Below are positions 17,686 through 25,701 of a stretch of 29,386 nt of DNA, in pieces (position 1 is the first letter of the stretch; each line of letters begins with the position of its first letter). The DNA lies in IMG/VR virus record IMGVR_UViG_3300048902_000079, positions 1 to 29,386 of that record. One strand, 5' to 3'. Under the pieces are notes generated by a model, which was not told the DNA's origin, did not search any database, and saw nothing but the letters and a program-made list of their open reading frames with translations. Made by a program: the position numbers and the translations under genes. This DNA comes from a virus (taxonomy: Duplodnaviria; Caudoviricetes).

Positions 17686-18045
17686 TGGCGCTGGCGTTCA
17701 TCCGCGTGGCCGTAATGCCGGCGCCACAGGAGGAGTAGAACTCCAAGGGAACCACTCCTCCTGTTAGATATTGAGGGTAGCGTAATACACCCTCGCAGCA
17801 GGTGAGCCGCCCGCGCACCGGGGGAAGAGGGACAAGATCTCCACCTCTTCCCCATTGCTGTGTTTGGAGATGAACAGCCAGGAGGCCCAGCCTCCTCACG
17901 CCGCTGCAAAGGGGGTGTTGTGGAGAGAATAGCTTTCACTACCAAGTTCAGGTTTAGTTATACTAAGATAGGTAACAAAGCTCTTCCTTGGAAGAAAGTA
18001 CTACAACTTGGTTGGCTTATTCTTGGATGGTGACAAATCCAGCCA
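17686..18045 (+). ncRNA. Candidate structured non-coding RNA (multi-hairpin)
   Basis: Gap without a credible ORF; contains consecutive stems of 13, 11, 6, 10 and 6 bp. Strand assumed from context. Confidence 0.45.
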
Positions 18046-18050
18046 CTCTG

Positions 18051-18094
18051 CCTTCCCACTGGATAGTGAAAAGGAAGTTCAAAAGCATTAGAAT
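18051..18094 (+). promoter_or_regulatory. Box promoter 6: CCTTCCCACTGG, GTGAAA-17-TAGAAT
   Basis: Box ends 18062, -10 at 18089-18094; heads the recombination/replication genes. Confidence 0.7.
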
Positions 18095-18133
18095 AGGAGT
18101 ATTGATAAGCAATCACTCCGGATTGGAGATCTG

Positions 18134-18385
18134 GTGGAAATATTGACATATTCTTGTGACACTTGTACAACCCAAAAGAAGGATGAGTCTACTGTTTGGT
18201 ATAAAGCCTATAAAGTGGATGATAATGGGAATAAAACGTGTGGTGTAATGATTATTCCTCTAGACAAACAGTCCTTCAATTCACCTTTTAAGAGTTTTCC
18301 TCTCCCAAAACCTGACGCTCATCTGTGCTCTGTAAACTGTGCTCTCCAGTGGTCAGGAAAAGTCTTAGCTGGAGGTACTTCATGA
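18134..18385 (+). CDS. Zinc-finger protein (83 aa)
   Basis: CDTC ... HLCSVNC; RBS GGAG. Confidence 0.65.
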   Translation: MEILTYSCDTCTTQKKDESTVWYKAYKVDDNGNKTCGVMIIPLDKQSFNSPFKSFPLPKPDAHLCSVNCALQWSGKVLAGGTS

Positions 18386-19494
18386 TCCTCAACATCTCCC
18401 GGATTAAAGAATTCAAACAGTGCTCGATGAAGACAAAATACCATCAGATTGATGGGTTGGAGGAAAACTCCATCGCAATCCCCCTTATGACTGGTGGGGC
18501 ATTCCATGAAGGAGCGGCTGAATTCCTCGCTCATCGAAATGTTAAAACTGCTACGCAGACGGCTGAAGCCAAATATCGCGAACGCCTCGTTGGCCAAATG
18601 ATCCTTCCCGAAGAGCGCCAAACAATCGAACAACAAATCGAGCTCTCCAAGCGCATGGTCGACGTCTTCGCCTCCAACTTCTCCGACCACGAGATGACGG
18701 TGATTTCACCTGAGGTTGAGTTTTGTGTGGCGATGCCGGATACTCTCCACCACTGTCATTTTATCCACAATCTCATCCCTTGTGAGATGGTCACGCAAGA
18801 ACACCAAGAGTGGATGGTTTTGGGTGGTCAGGTAGTATTACATAACATAAATGGGTGCGGTACACAAACCTCAGAGTTCCAACTCCTTACTAACGGATGG
18901 GTTTGTTTATGTGGAAAACAAATTCCTCGCTGTATCCAACCCCACTACTTCCGCGGCAAAACGGACGCGGTGATCTCTTGGAAAGGTAAAATATGGCTCT
19001 TAGAGCACAAGACGACAGCTATGACTGGGAACATTTTCTACGACAAATTCATGCTCGACTTTCAGACTACTGGGTACTTGTATGGGATAGGGAAGGCCCT
19101 GGGCACACGACCTCATGGATTTCTGCTGAACGTCTTGAAGAAGCCCAACAAAAATGCAAAAGACCAATTATCGGTATCCTTCGAAAGGGAGCCGTATCTT
19201 CGTTCTGATGAAGACATCCAACGTTTCGAACGCGAATTCATCCACCACGCAGAAGACTACGAACACGCAGTAACCAACAACCGCTGGGCGATGGATGGAG
19301 CGTGGAACGAAAGCTGCGTGAAATACAACCGGAGGTGTTATTTCTGGGATGTGTGTAAAAACCATGGAAGAATCGTTCTAGAACAGTTCCGCACCAAAAC
19401 CCCCGACTACGTCGACGAACAATACTACAAAATCCTCGGTCTCACCCCACCGGAACGGTGCCAAGCTTCTATGGAGGTAACAATCGATGAATGA
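18382..19494 (+). CDS. PD-(D/E)XK exonuclease, Cas4/RecB/AddB-like (370 aa)
   Basis: GGAFH, EVEF, GKTD, LEHKT, QxxxY; Fe-S-type Cys staple (N-terminal FKQC plus C-terminal C..C..C); RBS GGAGGT before ATG 18382. Confidence 0.85.
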   Translation: MILNISRIKEFKQCSMKTKYHQIDGLEENSIAIPLMTGGAFHEGAAEFLAHRNVKTATQTAEAKYRERLVGQMILPEERQTIEQQIELSKRMVDVFASNFSDHEMTVISPEVEFCVAMPDTLHHCHFIHNLIPCEMVTQEHQEWMVLGGQVVLHNINGCGTQTSEFQLLTNGWVCLCGKQIPRCIQPHYFRGKTDAVISWKGKIWLLEHKTTAMTGNIFYDKFMLDFQTTGYLYGIGKALGTRPHGFLLNVLKKPNKNAKDQLSVSFEREPYLRSDEDIQRFEREFIHHAEDYEHAVTNNRWAMDGAWNESCVKYNRRCYFWDVCKNHGRIVLEQFRTKTPDYVDEQYYKILGLTPPERCQASMEVTIDE

Positions 19495-19588
19495 AATCTT
19501 CTTGCATATTTGGCTTTTCGTGGTTATACCACTTTGTATTCTACTCCCCTCAGATAGGGTTAGGATCGAGGTGAAGTATGAGCGGTAA
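19487..19588 (+). CDS. Small putative membrane protein (33 aa)
   Basis: RBS GGAGGT; MNEIFLHIWLFVVIPLCILLPSDRVRIEVKYER; bridges the nuclease and queC. Confidence 0.45.
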   Translation: MNEIFLHIWLFVVIPLCILLPSDRVRIEVKYER

Positions 19589-20231
19589 ACCCATTGTGCT
19601 CTACAGTGGTGGGTTGGACTCCACCGTTTTGTTGTGGTCTTTACGTCCGAATGTTAAGGCGTTGTTGTTTGATTATGGACAGAGACATAGGAAAGAACTT
19701 CTACACGCTATTAACATCTGTGAGGCTGACAATATTGAGTATGAGATAGCGAATCTTGTTCCTATTCGTAACCTTCTTGCCTCGGGCAGTCAAACAGGTA
19801 ACGAACCCGTCCCTGAAGGCCATTACGCAGAAGAGTCGATGAAGGCAACAGTCGTCCCCAACCGCAATATGATCATGCTTTCGATCGCGGTAGGATGGGC
19901 AGTTTCAACAGGCTCTCAAAAAGTCCTTTGGGCCGCCCACGCAGGAGATCATGCTATATACCCCGACTGTCGTCCAGAGTTCTTGGGCGCTATGGTGGAC
20001 GCTATTCAAATCGGCAATGCATGGTCTCCCGTGTTGTTGGAGGCACCGTTTATTTATAAGACGAAGGCGGAGATTGTTAAGCTTGGAGCGGAACTGCATG
20101 CTCCGTTAGATCAAACCTTCTCGTGCTACAAAGGTGGCATCCTCCACTGTGGCATGTGCGGAACGTGCACCGAACGGAAAGAAGCCTTTCAACTTGCTGG
20201 GGTGGTTGACCCTACGGAGTATGAGAAATGA
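19578..20231 (+). CDS. queC: 7-cyano-7-deazaguanine synthase
   Basis: SGGLDST, FDYGQRH, VPNRN, YPDCRPEF, SCY...HCGMCGTC. Confidence 0.95.
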   Translation: MSGKPIVLYSGGLDSTVLLWSLRPNVKALLFDYGQRHRKELLHAINICEADNIEYEIANLVPIRNLLASGSQTGNEPVPEGHYAEESMKATVVPNRNMIMLSIAVGWAVSTGSQKVLWAAHAGDHAIYPDCRPEFLGAMVDAIQIGNAWSPVLLEAPFIYKTKAEIVKLGAELHAPLDQTFSCYKGGILHCGMCGTCTERKEAFQLAGVVDPTEYEK

Positions 20232-20363
20232 AGAGGAGATTTCCACTTATACAGTTTTTCTGCCCTTTCAACTCTGTCTATTGGATTGGATTCCAATGGA
20301 ATAACCATTTTATAGGATGGCAGTCAAGGTATTTAACCATTCGTGCGGAAGAGGAGATTATTG

Positions 20364-21140
20364 GTGGCTAAATACAAAACAGTCGCATTCGACTCAGTAG
20401 GTGAACTCGCAAGGTTGTATTTCTCTAAGGATATGGGGAAGCACGCAGACAAGAACGGTATGGAGACTATCCGCGGTATGCAGAACTACCCCGGAACGAC
20501 GGAACGCCTAAACATGCTTGTTCGCCGCTGCAAAAACCTCCGAGACCAAGGCACCGAAGTCGTCTTCCTCGCACACGAACAGATCGAACGCATCTACGCT
20601 AAAGGCGGGATGATGGCAAAGAAGGGCGAGCAACCAATGGAACCTATCGCTATCAAAGGCCTACCGGAGATGCCTGGAAAACAAACTCCTGAAGAGTTCG
20701 CTCGTGCGGCCGACAACGTCGTCCGGATGCGCAAACTCAACGACGGAGTAACCTGGGTTGGCCGTCGTGAGCCCATAGGTGGGGGAGGGGATTACTGGGA
20801 GGTGAAGACGAGGTTTAACTCTTCCCTCATTTCTGGAGGGTTGATGCCGGGAGATTACAATAAGTTACTCGCGGCCGCGAAGCAGTTCAACATTCAACTC
20901 GACCTCCCTTACCTATGGATTATTTATGGCACCTTTGGTATTGGAAAGACGCGCAGTCTGCTTTCCTTCCCACGCCCGTTGAAGCTCTTCGACCTCGACC
21001 GAGGTTCCACAGTCATCAAACATGAGGTAGAGGCACTCCGTACTGCAGGCGAAACTTTCGACATCGTCGACAATATTGACTGTGAGGAGTCCAACCATTA
21101 TGAGAAGTTTGTAAGCGAACTGGAGGCCACGTTTGGCTAA
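20364..21140 (+). CDS. Sak4/AAA_24-like P-loop ATPase, apparently circularly permuted (258 aa)
   Basis: Walker B YKTVAFDS at the N-terminus, then VVFLAH and KTR; Walker A IIYGTFGIGKT...PRPLKLFDLDRG near the C-terminus. RBS GAGGAG 7 nt before GTG 20364; sits between exonuclease and SSB-like genes. Confidence 0.8.
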   Translation: MAKYKTVAFDSVGELARLYFSKDMGKHADKNGMETIRGMQNYPGTTERLNMLVRRCKNLRDQGTEVVFLAHEQIERIYAKGGMMAKKGEQPMEPIAIKGLPEMPGKQTPEEFARAADNVVRMRKLNDGVTWVGRREPIGGGGDYWEVKTRFNSSLISGGLMPGDYNKLLAAAKQFNIQLDLPYLWIIYGTFGIGKTRSLLSFPRPLKLFDLDRGSTVIKHEVEALRTAGETFDIVDNIDCEESNHYEKFVSELEATFG

Positions 21141-21241
21141 AAGAATTGTAAAGATTCTCATACTTCCTTTCATGCTTATATGGTGTATCTTAGGAGAGGA
21201 TACTTTAAGCATGATGAAAGAATTCTGGAAAGAGGTACTTC

Positions 21242-21448
21242 ATGGCTAAAATCGACATTACCATCAACACCAACTCCTGGCCGAAGTTACAGATGGTTAT
21301 CTCTGCCAACGATGAGTTTGGAAAGTCCATACTTCTGGACTCCAAAGAAAGATACGATCTGGCGTATACGAAGTTTGAGAATGATCTCCACAACGTACTC
21401 CGCCCGATTGTAGAGAGTGTAGTAAAGTCAAAAACGAGAGGACAATAA
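21242..21448 (+). CDS. Hypothetical protein (68 aa)
   Basis: RBS GAGGT; TAATG coupling to the next gene. Confidence 0.6.
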   Translation: MAKIDITINTNSWPKLQMVISANDEFGKSILLDSKERYDLAYTKFENDLHNVLRPIVESVVKSKTRGQ

Positions 21449-21723
21449 TGATTAAACCCACCCCAGGAAGAGTTGTGTGGTACTACGAAGCAGGCCTAAC
21501 AACACCGCAAGCCGCAATCGTGGCCTTCGTTCATTCAGACACAATGGTTAACCTAACAGCGTTTGACTATAACGGAACCCCTAAAGGAGTAACTTCGGTT
21601 CCTCTCCTTCAAGGGGATTCTGATATCCCTTCAACTCCCTACGCTACCTGGATGCCGTATCAAGTAGGACAGGCAGCTAAAACCGAAGAGTTGCAAAAGC
21701 AGATTGCTGAAACAAAAGTGTAG
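21448..21723 (+). CDS. Conserved phage hypothetical protein (91 aa)
   Basis: PTPGRVVWY...AAIV...VNL.F...G...W.PYQ pattern of a common small phage family. Confidence 0.75.
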   Translation: MIKPTPGRVVWYYEAGLTTPQAAIVAFVHSDTMVNLTAFDYNGTPKGVTSVPLLQGDSDIPSTPYATWMPYQVGQAAKTEELQKQIAETKV

Positions 21724-21753
21724 TTAAATCCAAACAAAAGGACAAAGCTAATT

Positions 21754-22152
21754 ATGCCGTTACTCCAAGACAATATGCAAACCGTTGCCGCGCTCGGAGA
21801 TCTCCTGCCTGAAGCCTGGTACCACTTCCGTGTTAAAGCCGTGGAGTTCAAGCCTGAAGAACAACGAGTGCTCATTCAACTCGCCTCACAAGAGGAAGGG
21901 ACGACGGGAAGGATCGCGTTTGACAATCCCCAGCTATCCCACCCAATGGGTCTTTCGAAGTTGAAAGCGTACTACACAGCAGTCGGTTATAACCCAGGAC
22001 CTGAAGGTCACGATCCGGAAAAAATCATCGACGGTGAACTGTACGCTTACATCGTACACAATACCGATGGTGACAAGAAATACGCAAACGTGGCGCCCTG
22101 GTCGATCCGCTCCATGCGACAGGGCAAGGGTTCGAACCCAAAGGGTAAGTAA
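21754..22152 (+). CDS. Putative ssDNA-binding protein (DUF669-like, 132 aa)
   Basis: LLPEAWYHFRVKAVE at the start and YANV near the end; position after the Sak4-like gene. Lacks the usual acidic tail. Confidence 0.6.
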   Translation: MPLLQDNMQTVAALGDLLPEAWYHFRVKAVEFKPEEQRVLIQLASQEEGTTGRIAFDNPQLSHPMGLSKLKAYYTAVGYNPGPEGHDPEKIIDGELYAYIVHNTDGDKKYANVAPWSIRSMRQGKGSNPKGK

Positions 22153-22262
22153 TGCTGCCGATAGTTTTCATCATCGGCTGGTGTATCTTCGTGGTGCTCT
22201 ACGAAAACCGTTATGAACGAAGGTTTAACCAACGTCGACGTAAACGGTTAGGGTTGAAGTGA
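22152..22262 (+). CDS. Small membrane protein (36 aa)
   Basis: TAATG coupling; MLPIVFIIGWCIFVVLY followed by an Arg-rich tail. Confidence 0.5.
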   Translation: MLPIVFIIGWCIFVVLYENRYERRFNQRRRKRLGLK

Positions 22263-22383
22263 AAGGCGCAGGGCTTACTACCCTGCGTGAAGCCGCTAGG
22301 TGTATACCGTTAATCCTATCACTTGTTTCGGGCAAGGTGGGTATCAGGAAAAGCGGCTTCACGGAGAGTAGTAAAGGAGACAA

Positions 22384-22584
22384 ATGGCAAAACAGCCTGA
22401 ATATAACGTTTGCATTAAAGGTGAGGAATTCGAACCTCGAAAATTCCGCTGGCATGAGATAGGCGCTGCTTGGGTAGGAGATAATGGAGCGATTTCAATA
22501 AAGTTGAGACTCCCAGTCTCGTTTATCGTTACTCCTGAAACTGACATTCGGCTGTTCAAAAATCTCCCTAAGGAGAACTTCTAA
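22384..22584 (+). CDS. Hypothetical protein (66 aa)
   Basis: RBS AAGGAG; RWHEIGAAW..G.ISIKL motif of small beta-rich phage/plasmid proteins. Confidence 0.7.
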   Translation: MAKQPEYNVCIKGEEFEPRKFRWHEIGAAWVGDNGAISIKLRLPVSFIVTPETDIRLFKNLPKENF

Positions 22585-23024
22585 TGGAGATCTGTAAGGA
22601 GTTTACATTCGAAGCTTCCCACGTCCTCCCTCACCACAAAGGGAAGTGTAGCAACCTACACGGTCATTCGTGGAAACTCACCGTCTACGTCCGTGGGCCC
22701 GTTGACGAAGAGTCCGGTATGGTGGTTGATTACGGAGACATCAAATCCTCCATCCAGCCAATTATTGATGAGTTGGATCATGCTCATCTTGGAGCTTGGC
22801 AGACAGATAAAATTGTTATTAGCTTCCCAACCGAGGTCAACCATACTAAGTTTGTGACATGGCTTAAATCAGGGTTCAACCCTACGTCCGAAAACCTTCT
22901 AATCGAAATCGCCAAACAAATAGTGAAACGTGGTCAGGTGTTTTCGTCTTTAACTCTGGATGAGACGTGTACTGTATCCTGCCTACTCACCTGGGAAGAA
23001 TTCAACCAACTAGGCAAACAATAA
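22584..23024 (+). CDS. queD: 6-carboxy-5,6,7,8-tetrahydropterin synthase
   Basis: FEASH, CSNLHGHSW, GMVVDY, LDH, NPTSEN, ET. Confidence 0.95.
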   Translation: MEICKEFTFEASHVLPHHKGKCSNLHGHSWKLTVYVRGPVDEESGMVVDYGDIKSSIQPIIDELDHAHLGAWQTDKIVISFPTEVNHTKFVTWLKSGFNPTSENLLIEIAKQIVKRGQVFSSLTLDETCTVSCLLTWEEFNQLGKQ

Positions 23025-23410
23025 TGCGGGCTGATACCAAATCCGAGTTCCAGATGCTACGCGAGGTTGCATGGTTCTACCTCCATGATAAAAAGTGTTA
23101 CTTCTGTCATGGTTACCTTATTGACTCTCCCAAACGGATTGGTACGCTTATTGAAGGTTTGACTTTTGGTCATCGGCATCATACACGTTTCCCTCAGGAT
23201 ATAACTCTACACCACATCGACGAAAACCGTGAGAATAATAAACCGGAGAATGTAGTGCCCTGTCATGATTCCTGTCACCGTTCTCACCACGCTGTAAAAC
23301 GTTCCGCCCTACGAAAGGAGATAATACGACGCTATGAGTCCCAAAAAGTCCACCCCAAAGAAAAAACGTCCCAAGAAATCTCAACGCCCAGGGGCTTACT
23401 AAATGAGTGA
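23024..23410 (+). CDS. HNH endonuclease (128 aa)
   Basis: CYFC ... LHHIDENRENNKPENVVPCHDSCHRSHH; TAATG coupling to queD. Confidence 0.85.
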   Translation: MRADTKSEFQMLREVAWFYLHDKKCYFCHGYLIDSPKRIGTLIEGLTFGHRHHTRFPQDITLHHIDENRENNKPENVVPCHDSCHRSHHAVKRSALRKEIIRRYESQKVHPKEKTSQEISTPRGLLNE

Positions 23411-23582
23411 ACCCTATCTTGAACAACTTGAAACTGTATTGAAGGAAGGGTGTAAGGACCTACACGAAGCTTCTGAAAAGATCTTCTTGCGGTATGGTCT
23501 TAAACTCCCTTTTGAAGCTCTATGCCTTACCTTCAATAACGGGTTACTCAAGGGCTATTGGAAGATTGAGGTTTCGAAATGA
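23403..23582 (+). CDS. Hypothetical protein (59 aa)
   Basis: MSEPYLEQLETV...YWKIEVSK; fills the gap with an ATGA overlap to the next gene. Confidence 0.55.
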   Translation: MSEPYLEQLETVLKEGCKDLHEASEKIFLRYGLKLPFEALCLTFNNGLLKGYWKIEVSK

Positions 23583-23851
23583 GTGAACCCCTAACCACAG
23601 ACGTCATCATGCCTGCAGTTCTGGTCGATCGGATTGCAGGTATAATGGTGTTGTTGCAGAAAGCTAATCCTGCAGACATCCTCTACGATCTTAAGAACCT
23701 AAGAGCAATCGCAGCAGACATCCAACAAGGTATACAGAAAGTTCGCGGTCCTTGGGTAGTTTGTCATATTTGTAAACCCCCCAAAAGGCTCAACATGTTA
23801 GATGTATACAAACACGATACGGAGGTACATAATGCCTACCGAAGTAGGTAA
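23579..23851 (+). CDS. Hypothetical protein with C2H2-like Zn finger (90 aa)
   Basis: CHIC...HDTEVH; RBS GAGGT. Confidence 0.6.
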   Translation: MSEPLTTDVIMPAVLVDRIAGIMVLLQKANPADILYDLKNLRAIAADIQQGIQKVRGPWVVCHICKPPKRLNMLDVYKHDTEVHNAYRSR

Positions 23852-24557
23852 GGGGTTGCCGATTGCCGAGACTTTCCACTCCCTTCAAGGGGAAGGGACT
23901 TACGTCGGCACCCCTATGCATTTCATACGTCTGGCGGGATGTCCTGTAGGGAAGAAGGCGAGTATTGAGTCTTCCAAAACTGGATTTGAAGAAAATCATC
24001 TCCCTATACTTTCAAGTGGTGTAATAGGTTCAATGTGCCAAACTTGGGATGGTCGCTTCTTCCCCTGCGACACCGACTTCTCTTGCCACACCTACAAAAC
24101 CGTGGATGAACTCATCGGTGAAACTTGGGAGAAACATATCTGTTTAACCGGGGGAGAACCACTCATACATCAGAAGTCTTTAATTGAGCAAGGGTTCTTC
24201 CAACAAGCTTTCCAAAAAGGGATCCAAATCCACATTGAAACCTCTGGCACAGTTTTAATAGATACACGATTGGTTCCTGATAAGCGAGTATGGCTTACAG
24301 TAGCCCCCAAATGGAACTGTAAAGGAGAAATGCTAGATATAGCAGATGAGATTAAACTTCTCATCGATGAAGGATGGAATGAAGATAATTGGGCAATTAT
24401 GACATCTCCGCATATCTGTCCTAATATCTTCGTCTCCCCAATCAATGAAGAGAAAACCGTAAACCAGGAAAACATCAAACTTGCACTCGCAGTTCTACGT
24501 TCCCACCCTACATGGAGGTTGAGTTGCCAGCTCCACAAGTTATTGGGGTTACAATGA
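23832..24557 (+). CDS. queE: 7-carboxy-7-deazaguanine synthase (radical SAM)
   Basis: ETFHSLQGEG, FIRLAGC, CDTDF, LTGGEP, IETSG, APK, WRLSCQLHK; RBS GGAGGT before ATG 23832. Confidence 0.92.
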   Translation: MPTEVGKGLPIAETFHSLQGEGTYVGTPMHFIRLAGCPVGKKASIESSKTGFEENHLPILSSGVIGSMCQTWDGRFFPCDTDFSCHTYKTVDELIGETWEKHICLTGGEPLIHQKSLIEQGFFQQAFQKGIQIHIETSGTVLIDTRLVPDKRVWLTVAPKWNCKGEMLDIADEIKLLIDEGWNEDNWAIMTSPHICPNIFVSPINEEKTVNQENIKLALAVLRSHPTWRLSCQLHKLLGLQ

Positions 24558-24919
24558 GCGACCCCCACATCTCGTTCCGCAAACCGAAGTGTATCATCGA
24601 ACAAGACTGTATGTCTTGGTCGCATAAGTACTACCTCTACCTCGGGCGTCACTATCATCACGCGGGTAAGGAATGTTGGATTGTAGGAGCTATCAACACA
24701 GTGACGAGTGAAGATAGAGCACGTCACTACAACACGGATGCGGGGTCGGCAGATCCAAAGGCTGAAGCCCTGGTCTTCTGGGAGGCCTTCCTTACCGGTA
24801 TGACCCGCGCACCCGAAACAGAAGAAAAACAAGATTGGGAAATCGAACTTCAAAACTACCTTCAGAAAGAGGCGAAGAAACATGGCTACACGGAAGAGAA
24901 ACCCAATATCATCATCTGA
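24554..24919 (+). CDS. Hypothetical protein (121 aa)
   Basis: ATGA overlap with queE. Confidence 0.65.
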   Translation: MSDPHISFRKPKCIIEQDCMSWSHKYYLYLGRHYHHAGKECWIVGAINTVTSEDRARHYNTDAGSADPKAEALVFWEAFLTGMTRAPETEEKQDWEIELQNYLQKEAKKHGYTEEKPNIII

Positions 24920-25163
24920 TCCTGTTAACCATCCCGTTCACTACAATAATCATCCTTCTGGGATTGAGTGTATCGATGTCGTGGAACACATGTCATTCAA
25001 TCTAGGAAATGCGGTAAAGTATATCTGGAGATATGCAGACAAAGATGGTCTCGTATCCTTAGATAAAGCCATCTGGTACATTCAACGAGAGAAACAAAGA
25101 TTACTCCAGCAATCTTATTCTGAAATTCGTGATAAACAGGAGATCAAACGTGGACCTCGGTAA
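24882..25163 (+). CDS. DUF3310 protein (T7 gp1.7-like nucleotide kinase family)
   Basis: DPVNHPVHY, ECIDV, FNLGNAVKYIWR...K...LDKAIWYI. Confidence 0.85.
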   Translation: MATRKRNPISSSDPVNHPVHYNNHPSGIECIDVVEHMSFNLGNAVKYIWRYADKDGLVSLDKAIWYIQREKQRLLQQSYSEIRDKQEIKRGPR

Positions 25164-25701
25164 AATCGAACGTGGAGTGAAGTTGATCCTCCAAGGTTTA
25201 GACTGCGACACACGTGACCAAAACTTCTTCGAAACCCCTGACCGTGTCGCTCGAATGTACAACGAGATGTTTAACTGTCCTGAGGTGGAGTATCCGACGT
25301 TTGAAGAACGTTACAACAACTTCATCCTTCTACGTGGACATGAGATCTGGGGGATGTGTCCACATCACCTACTCCCAGTCGAGATGTCTGTCGATGTGGC
25401 CTACATCCCCAACGGTCACGTACTTGGTTTATCTAAGCTAGCCAGACTCCTCCACGACATCAACCGTGGTCCCATCCTCCAGGAGAAGTTCACAAATGAC
25501 GTTATCACGAAAATCTACGAAGTCCTCCCCGCGTGCAAAGGCGCGGCCTGCGTCGTCACCGGAAAGCACGGATGTGCCAAGATACGAGGGGTTCACACCA
25601 AGGGGGATTTCCGAACCTACAGCATCCGAGGAGAGTTCCAAACCGATCCGGATCAGGAAAGGCGGTTCCTCGAACTTGCGAGAAACGGGCATGGAAAATG
25701 A
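25150..25701 (+). CDS. folE: GTP cyclohydrolase I
   Basis: ETPDRVARMY, CPHHLLP, GLSKLAR, LQE, HGCAKIRG; RBS AGGAG before GTG 25150. Confidence 0.95.
   Translation: MDLGKIERGVKLILQGLDCDTRDQNFFETPDRVARMYNEMFNCPEVEYPTFEERYNNFILLRGHEIWGMCPHHLLPVEMSVDVAYIPNGHVLGLSKLARLLHDINRGPILQEKFTNDVITKIYEVLPACKGAACVVTGKHGCAKIRGVHTKGDFRTYSIRGEFQTDPDQERRFLELARNGHGK

Noticed and set aside
17677-18050. tRNA or intrinsic terminator
   Set aside because: No T-loop (TTCGA) cloverleaf and no U-tract after the stems.
10782-18062. Repeated CCCACTGG as a CRISPR or mini-array linked to the Cas4-like gene
   Set aside because: Repeats are only 7-12 bp, irregularly spaced over kilobases and tied to promoters; no spacers or cas operon. 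The nuclease sits in a phage recombination context.
18724-18945. Intein in the nuclease (insert starts with Cys and contains LHN)
   Set aside because: Too short, HN is followed by Ile rather than C/S/T, and no other intein blocks are present.
20228-20314. 28-codon ORF after queC as the missing N-terminal half of the Sak4-like ATPase
   Set aside because: No Walker A motif in it; the Walker A is at the C-terminus of the main ORF.
24170-24883. 237-aa minus-strand ORF
   Set aside because: Antisense to queE and the next gene; no motifs.
25533-25697. Extended N-terminus of the polymerase in the ORF track
   Set aside because: Overlaps folE by 165 nt; ATG 25698 in an ATGA overlap starts exactly at the UDG-like domain.
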